A stretch of 64,000 nt of DNA from Blastocladiella emersonii ATCC 22665 (taxonomy: Eukaryota; Fungi; Blastocladiomycota), in contig JANHCV010000008.1 in the NCBI GenBank assembly GCA_025594325.1, forward strand, positions 186,001 through 250,000, read 5' to 3'. The notes below the pieces were generated by a model, which was not told the origin of the DNA, did no database searches, and saw only the letters and a program-made list of their open reading frames with translations. Below, piece after piece: positions 56,725 through 64,000 of the stretch; position 1 is the stretch's first letter; each line of letters starts with the position of its first letter. The translations under genes and the position numbers were made by a program.

Positions 56725-58370
56725 ATGAAACCACTACATGCAAACGATCCCGACGGCCTTGCGTTCATGGACCCTCAGGTTGTACCAGCGGCTTCCGACC
56801 ACGCCCTGCCGTCTGCTTGTAACATGTCAGCGTACGGTGCTCAAGCAAACTCCCCCGAGCAGCTCATGTTGGATCAACTTACATCACGGCTTCTCGGTGT
56901 CTGTGACGTGCTGCGACATCGGGTACATGGGGCTGAAGCGGTAACCATGCTTCATCGGACCGAAAGTCGCGCTGGCATCGCGGCAGACGAGGAGCTTGAC
57001 CGCTTCAGCGAGGACTCGATCTCTCGACCAGCTACCGTTTCGAGTGCGACTTCCACGCTTCGACGTGACTCTCCGTCTTGCATTTTACCCGTGGAACGGC
57101 CCCCGCTCGACAACCCCATTCCCTGCGACGATCCGGCTCCTGCCGACATGCCAATTTCGCTGAAGAGCTGGTGCAAACTCGTGGACCGTACTTCCGTCGT
57201 CCTGCACCGCCGCCGGGGCGGCGCACGACCGACAACGCGCGCGAGTTCCTTGGGTGGATGAGGCAGCTTGTTCCCGCTGGCCACCTCGCTCGCGCGCTTC
57301 TTCACGCCAAGCCCAACGTGCACGCTGGCGAGTACCTTGGTTACGCCGTGTCGATATTCCCGTCACACTCCGATTCGGAAGCCACGCAATAATTCCACAA
57401 CGCAGTCCTATCGAGTACACGGCCTCGGTGGGTCAGCGACTGGGTCGCCATCCAACCGCGGGCCGGAAGGCCCTTGAAAAGGTTTCTGACTGCCGTCCAA
57501 TACTTGTTTCTGCAATCGAAATCAAGTTCGCTTCTCGTCAGTAACCCCACAGTCAAGGAGTTGTTCGTCGAGAAGCTGGGCGGCCTTTATCCCGAGGCGC
57601 GTAGCGAGCGCGTCGCCGTGCTGGTGAAACGCGATCGCTGCTCGCTTGCTGATATCGTGGACGAAACGAAACCATCAGTCTTCCACGCCCGACGAGACCT
57701 GCCGTAGAGCAAAAATGGTTGGTCGCGGCTCGTGATCGATCTCGCTCGCGTGGCAGGAGCATATCGCTTGGCAAACGGAATCGAGGCAAACATGATCGAC
57801 TTAATTCACCTTCCGACTGGACTCGGCGCTCTCGTTCAAGATCACGAGGCCGCGGGCATTCCAAGCGGGCTTCCGAGACCTTTTCTCCCACTCGTGGGCC
57901 TTCCCGCATTCCTGCCTCAGCTCGAGTCGATTCTGGCGATGACCGCAAGTTGGATCGTGCTTTGATGACACCGTGCTTGTATTGTGCCATCCTTGGGACT
58001 TCTGTTCGCAAGGCGCAGGAACACACGCTTATCGAACGCTTACACGCTGCCGAAACAGCGCGCATCCCCGGATCGATCTTCTTTGGGTTGCAGCTGGTCT
58101 CGTTTTTTTCCCGCCAAGGATGCCATGTTGAGCAGGTCATACAGCACGCTGACCGAGCTCGCTCGCACGTACGCGGGTCGTTTGAAGTAAATTCGCTTTG
58201 TGGGTGATTGGCGCCCCGCCCTTACCTCAAAGGAGGAAGAGTCGCTCCGCTACGCGCAACTCCGGCTCACTGCTCTCACCGAGTATCCAGCCGCAATGCT
58301 CAACTCGCATATCGCGCCCTTGTGGGTGGAGCTCGTTGCGATCTGCCAGCGGCGGAGGGTCCCCATCTGA
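56725..58370 (+). pseudogene. Array copy 8, several frameshifts and stops
   Basis: MKPLHANDP, RGPYFRRP...TTDNAREFL, TAA 57390-57392, CLYC-x12-H with the last Cys read as Arg, and tail APLWVELVAIC. Confidence 0.75.
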
Positions 58371-58637
58371 TGGACCGGTCTGGACGGTGTTATTTTTCCC
58401 ATAGAATCTCGTTTTTCAGGGCATTTTTGCATTTTCTCTTTGTCGAGTCTTGAGTGGGGTGCCCTTGAGGCGGTAACTCGCTTGCATTTGCGCGTCGCAC
58501 AAGGATCGGCCCGAGTCCTAACTGCATCACAGCCGTCGTAACCGGCGTATCAGGGATTGCTGAAGACGAAACGGTTATCACATTGCGACTGACTGGTTGG
58601 TTTGCAACTGGGAAAGGGGCTCGGAGACAGGCTGCGG

Positions 58638-58659
58638 GACGCGACGGGAAAACACGTGA
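58638..58659 (+). promoter_or_regulatory. Family upstream motif variant (copy 9)
   Basis: GACGCGA-CGGGAAA-ACACGTGA. Confidence 0.5.
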
Positions 58660-58772
58660 TCTTTTTCGCGGGCGGCGTGCCACAGCGCGCCCGAGGTGAC
58701 GCATCCTGTCGCTCCGTACCCTACCGCATGGACTCATGAAGCACCCCGCACACTCCCTGCAATGAATTAAAC

Positions 58773-61009
58773 ATGAAAGACACAACGCTGTTTCGTGAAG
58801 GCGCCGCCGGGTCGCCCGAATTCGATCCCGCCCGGAAACTGCCCGCGACTCGCGCGGAACGCCGCGCCCTGCTTGAACGAGTTCTCGTCCAGCTTCTGGA
58901 AGCCCGACTGAAATGTATCCGGTTATGCCTGGATCTTCGAACGGATCCCCACAGAGCCGCTTCTGGCCTGCGAGCGGCCAAGGAAACGGTCCGCGGGCTG
59001 GAGGCGCTCCGTGCCCGGCTTGAGGCGCAGCTTGAGCCCGACCATGCGCCCTCCAGATCGACATCAGCAGCCCTCCCCGTGCAATCATCGAAGCCCGCCA
59101 ACGAAACGCTGCAGTCCATCGAGAATCGTGTGCGGCTCCACGGCCCACTGTTTCGCCTCCCTTCGCGCGACGGGCGCATGTCAACGAATGATCCCCGTGC
59201 TTTCATTAGCTCTTTTGCTCAATTTATTCCGGGCCACCCTTTTAAGAAACTATTGATCATGGCGACAACATGCCCCGCAACGTCTACCTGGCGCTTGCGC
59301 CGCTTTTGCCCTCTGTCACACCCGACGAGCTGGGCACTAAAGCATTCCTCGAAGCGGCAGACGCCTCGACTCACACGCTGTTTTTGAGAACGTGGCTCTC
59401 CGTTGCTGCCCGTCCTGGCTATCGACTCGACTACTTTCATAGCCAATTTTGGGGTGCACTCCGACTCATGGGCGACTTCCGGTCGCTTATCAGCTGCCCC
59501 CACATCAAGCGCATCTACCTGGATATGCTTGCCGCGCTGCCTGCGTCGTGCGACCCGAAGGTAGTCGCCATGATCGACCAGCATACCATGTCAATCATGG
59601 ATATCAAGGAGCGGCTGGGCAACCCGACCATCCCTACGCAACCGCCGAGCCGCGACTTGGTCGAACCCACGTCAAAATCAAGATTGCCATCACCCATCAA
59701 GGTGTTGTCATCGAGTCCGCGTCGCAGTAGCGCTAGCGGCCGTTCTCGATCCCCTTCTCGCTCTCGCGGCACCCGTATTCGAACGCGGTCCGGTTCCTGT
59801 GACCGTGACACGGCGCCTCAAGCGCGGTCCCGCTCCCGTTCTCGGTCAATCCCACGTCGCCCCGCTCGTTCCCGATCCCGTCCGCGTCATCGCGCTCGTT
59901 CCTGCTCGAGCTCACGTTCTCGTTCACGGTCGCGATCCAAGCGGCCAAGGGACCGTTCCCAGTCCGCTCCTCGCTCACCCCATCGGCCGCGCACTCGCAC
60001 GCGCTCGTGCTCTCGATCCCGCAGCCCCACTCGGACTCATGACAAGCCAATACTCTTTCGGCTTTCTACTTCACCAGGCCGCGCGACCACTGATTGTCCG
60101 CACGAGTTTCTCAAGGCACTCGTCGCACGCAATTTGAGCAACGGCTTGGCGGCTGCACTCATCGAGGCGCGCAACACGATGCCTCGCGACGTGTTTCTCG
60201 CGTGCGCTCCCTTCCTGCTTTCGAACACGGCAAATCCTGCCGCAAGGCAGGCTTTCCTTAATGCGGCCGACGTCTCGACCCGACCACGCTGGCTCCGCGA
60301 TTGGATCGCACTTGAATGGGCGCCTGGCGAATCGCTTGACCGCTTCTTCCTCCACTTTTCGATCATGTTTCGAGTCACTGGATTGGCCAAGGACCTCATC
60401 GAGCTTACCCACATCAAGGAAATCTACCTCCACAAGCTCTCGCGACTGCCCGAAGCTCACCAGACCAAAATTACCGACATGGTCACAGCCAAGCTTGTCT
60501 CCGTTCACGACATGCAAGCTCGGCTCAAAGAAATGAAACCCGCTTCTGCCCTCCCAGCTCAGCCAACCTTGACGTCATCGGCGCGGGCTACTGATCCTTT
60601 GACCACTGCAATGTACCAGCTCCCATGTTGCTACTGCATCAACTTCCCAGCGATCCGCCGCCGGGCGTCGAACCACGCCATGAACGAGTGCACGACAGCG
60701 GCCAACCTCAAGCTCATTATTGACGGCATCATGGACGGGTTCACGGCCGCCGATCTGTACCCGCCCTTCGCGACCATGGCCCGCGGATCGCACGAAGAGC
60801 TTGTGACGCTCGCCTCGCGGTGGTCAGACGTTCTTCGGGCGACAGCATCGGAGAAATCCATGAGGCCGAAGAAAGTTCGCCAGAGGATCCGGCAGGGCGC
60901 CATTTACCTGGACGCGGTCGCTGGGTTCCTGCTCGAGCTGTACTCGACGCGCTTGATGCCGGTCTTTTTGCAACTCGCGATGCTTTGTGGACGTGTGAAA
61001 GGGAGTTGA
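58773..61009 (+). CDS. Array copy 9 with two capsid-like domains; one-base frameshift near 59265
   Basis: ORF 58773 (HGPLFRLP...STNDPRAF) shifts into ORF 59270 (MPRNVY...), then RS tract, second domain (TTDCPHEFL...LEWAPGESLDRFF) and CCYC-x12-H-x4-C. Confidence 0.75.
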
Positions 61010-61231
61010 AGGTACACCAGTTCGTTTTTGTTGCCACTCAAAGCCAGGAGTCCGATGAGGAGGCCCTGTGTTGTGGCGACAAGGGCGAGCGACGGGACGC
61101 ACATTGCAGTTGCTTCTGGAGCGGTAGGAACGGTGTGGGAATCTATTTAAGGCTCGTGCGACCTCTCTACATAACATGTTCTCATTTCCCTCTGACCTGA
61201 GCTGCGGCTTCGTGTCTCACGCGGGGTGAGA

Positions 61232-61253
61232 GACGCGTTTGGAAATGGCGTGA
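61232..61253 (+). promoter_or_regulatory. Family upstream motif variant (copy 10)
   Basis: GACGCGT-TTGGAAA-TGGCGTGA. Confidence 0.55.
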
Positions 61254-61320
61254 CCGCTTTCCCTCCAAATTCAAGCCACATCCATTGAGCGGCGCAGCAA
61301 CTCTCCGCTCGCTCCCCTCA

Positions 61321-62828
61321 ATGGATCTCGCAATGCAAACCATGGATGCATCTTCAACTGGCTGCAATGAAACCGTCACCTTGAAGGCTTTACCTGGCGT
61401 CAATGCGGACCCAAAACTGGGCACGTCACCCGAGCTCGACGTGTCGCGCGGGGTCCCGTCCACGCGCGGCGAGCAACAGCACTTGGTTTCCAACGGCATC
61501 TACCCTCTCATGAGCAAACGCTTGGCCTGCGTTCACCGTGCTCTTGAGCAACGGATCAGTGGTGGCGGCAACTCGAAGTGCGCAGCTGCGATGAGTCCTG
61601 CGGCGGTTGGAAAGCGCAAACCGTTGCCTGGCGTCGTGTCGTAGCCGCTTCATCAGACTTCGCTGGTCATACCGGACACTCCCTTCCGCGCCGTTGCCCC
61701 TCTCTCACCGCCAAAGTCGACCAAGTCGTCTCCCGCTTTGGGACCACCTCCGTCCAAGCTACCGATTAAAGCCGAAATCAACACTTACGGTCCACTCTTC
61801 CGGCTCCCCGCTCAGCCCGGGCGCACCACGACGAGCGATCCGCAGTTATTTCTTGATCGGATTTCTCAGTGCGTGTCCACAATTCTCCTGTCGAGGGCGA
61901 TACTTCTCTCCTGCGGAAACATGCCCGATGACGTCTATGCTGCCTGCGCTGTCCTGATCCATCGGTCCACGTCGGACAAGGAGACGGCCCAGGCGTTTCC
62001 CGTCGCCGTCGACCCGGCAAAACGCCCGATTTGGATACAAAGCTGGTCTGCGCTCACCCCAATTCCCGGAACCTCGCCGAAGCGGTTTTGGATGACCTTT
62101 TGGGAGCCGCTAAAGCATCTGGAGACTTCAGAGATGCTCGCCATCAGCGTCGCAATCAAGAAAGTCTTTCTCAGCAAGTTTTCGATGCTCCCTGATTCTC
62201 AAGACCCGAAACTTGCCGCCATGGTCTCGAGCGATTCCGCGACCGTTTACAACATCGCCTTTCGCCTTCGGCACGCCCTCTTCCCGAACCCAGCGCCGCA
62301 TCGGCGGCGAACGAACCCGAATTTGCGCATTGCGCGTACAGCTCGCTTTGCGGCCGCGCACGCTCCCGCTCACCTTTGCCACGGCGCAACCGTGAATATC
62401 GCAGTCCGCCACAACTCAGGTATTCCGCCGCTGCAGTTCCCTTCAGCTCGCAATCGCTTGATTTATGTGCTTATTTTATTGCAAACACTTTGCGGTGTTC
62501 GCTCCCGACGCGGATACCCATTCCATCCCTCGCTGTCGCCGCTCAACGAACGTGGAGTTCATCGCCTCCAAGGTCCTTCTTGGGCTCATGCAAATGGGTC
62601 ACTTCCCGCCGCGGGAGGTGATGCGGACCACCTTGCACGCGACGCTCACCGTCATGTCCCTTGGAACGCGCATCGCGTGCTGCCGCCGAGGAGTGGCGCT
62701 CGTCATTGGATCGAGGCAACTTGCAGTTCGCGAGCCAGTACCTCGCGGCCATTGCCGAGTTCCCAACCGAAGGTTTCGGGTGGCGGCTCGTCGAGATTTG
62801 GTGCATCGTGGATTCCCAGCTCGGATAG
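61321..62828 (+). pseudogene. Array copy 10, in-frame TAG plus frameshifts
   Basis: GCNE, TAG 61642-61644, YGPLFRLP...TTSDPQLFL, zinc motif in ORF 62465 and tail YLAAIAEFP in a third frame. Confidence 0.7.
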
Positions 62829-62965
62829 TGAGTGGCCTCGGTCGGCGCATGATCCAGATTGCCCGTCGAGGCGGAGCATTGGATAATATATTAGCGTCCG
62901 TTCGTTGAGCCTGAGGACCGTGTCGGCCAGCCCCCCTGATCGGCGCGCCGGGTGGAGTCGCGAAG

Positions 62966-62987
62966 GACGCGTCGCGCGATCACATGT
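62966..62987 (+). promoter_or_regulatory. Family upstream motif (copy 11)
   Basis: GACGCGT-CGCGCGA-TCACATGT. Confidence 0.55.
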
Positions 62988-63074
62988 TCAGCGGGTCACA
63001 CGGACATCGACTACGCGCCAGCCTTGCGCGCTGAGCGCGCGCTCCCCTTTTCCTGCACATCTACTCACGGAGAA

Positions 63075-63914
63075 ATGTATAAACTTGATGCAATCGTAGT
63101 CGGCGCTAGTCACTCGATGGATTCTCCGGCTACGCCGACAGCACAGCACCAAGCAGTTTCGCGTGAGAGTGGCACACTTGCACCGCTGCCCGTACTAGAG
63201 CACTCGCTCGAGACGCAGCTTTTGATGCAGCTCGATTCGCGACTTTCTTGCATCCATCGCGTACTTCATCAACGACTCAATGTGGCCGCGTGCACTCCTG
63301 GCCTTGACTTGCACATGCATTCCAGCCAATCGCATCCGTCAGCACCAAACGCGGCGGAAATGACGCACACGATCCACTCGCCAAGCGCCCAAGCGTTGCT
63401 TCATCGCAACAAACCAAATGAATTGTCGCTCTTGACACCATCGGAAACCCGACCACAGTCAACGTGTTCGACGACCATGGCCCGCAATGCGAAGCTAGCC
63501 CGCGCCCTCGCAAAGCCCTGCCTGTACTGTCTCAACATCCGATCGGCCGCTCGTGGAGCGCGCGATCACACGCTGGCTCGTTGCAAGTACGCCGCCAGAG
63601 TGGCCGACGTCGCTGGAACTATCTTCTTTGGACTGCGGCAGTTGCCGGGCTTCCCACCCAAAGACTCCATGTGCAGCCGCTCGTACGAGACCCTGAGCGC
63701 CCTCAGTCACGATTACGCAGAGCGCACGCGTCGATTCCACGCCGACACGTTCACTATCTCCACAGTCAAGTCCAAAGCAGCCGAAAACCTCCGCTTCGCA
63801 AACCTCGTGCTTACGGCGCTGGCTGAGTTCCCGCCGACGATGGCTGAGTCGCACCTCGCTCCCGTGTGGAGGGAAGTTGTCGCGATGTGCTCGAGGTTCG
63901 GTATCCGGCTATGA
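63075..63914 (+). CDS. Array copy 11: N-helix fused directly to the zinc module and tail (no capsid-like or RS part)
   Basis: QLLMQLDSRL, then CLYC-x12-H-x4-C, GTIFFGL and ALAEFP...APVWREVVAMC. Confidence 0.8.
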   Translation: MYKLDAIVVGASHSMDSPATPTAQHQAVSRESGTLAPLPVLEHSLETQLLMQLDSRLSCIHRVLHQRLNVAACTPGLDLHMHSSQSHPSAPNAAEMTHTIHSPSAQALLHRNKPNELSLLTPSETRPQSTCSTTMARNAKLARALAKPCLYCLNIRSAARGARDHTLARCKYAARVADVAGTIFFGLRQLPGFPPKDSMCSRSYETLSALSHDYAERTRRFHADTFTISTVKSKAAENLRFANLVLTALAEFPPTMAESHLAPVWREVVAMCSRFGIRL

Positions 63915-64000
63915 TGGATGCGCGGCTGATTTCGCCCATGTTCTCGCCTGGTGGCCGGCCTTTCCTTGGCCATCAAACACGCCTCGCGCTCGTGTTGTGT

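Noticed and set aside
8744-61644. Reassignment of TAG to an amino acid
   Set aside because: TAG terminates CHO2, NUDT1, SEC9 and chitin synthase at their expected ends; the premature stops align with different residues and include TGA and TAA.
1-64000. tRNA or rRNA genes
   Set aside because: No cloverleaf or rRNA signature recognised by eye; tRNAscan-SE or Infernal would be needed to exclude them fully.

Overview
GC-rich eukaryotic DNA with short spliceosomal introns (GTRCG...GCTGAC...YAG). It is most likely fungal; an early-diverging/zoosporic lineage is inferred from gene style, not proven. There are three compartments. (1) 1-8030 is a nested mobile block. The 5' end of a Ty3/gypsy LTR retrotransposon (gag missed by the ORF track; apparently self-priming) sits inside a Polinton-like DNA element. 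That element carries an rve integrase, a decayed tyrosine-recombinase-like gene, an AEP primase-SF2 (UL9-like) helicase fusion, origin-like repeats and a palindromic terminus, and it is itself inserted in a host gene. (2) Islands of intact core genes (HMG box, chitin synthase, secreted S/T/P-rich protein, CHO2, NUDT1-like, SEC9-like) lie among disrupted F-box and BTB genes. (3) A large unnamed gene family has about 14 copies, 11 of them head-to-tail at about 2 kb spacing from 44.1 kb to the window end. It is built from a short N-terminal helix, a Gag-capsid-like domain, an RS-dipeptide tract and a C-x2-C-x12-H-x4-C zinc module with a helical tail. Most copies are preceded by a GACGCGT-N7-TCAYRTGA motif. 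No pol gene or LTRs accompany these copies. This family and the Polinton-like element are the best candidates for undescribed systems. Domain calls are by motif reading only; no database searches were run. Some frameshifts may be sequencing errors.
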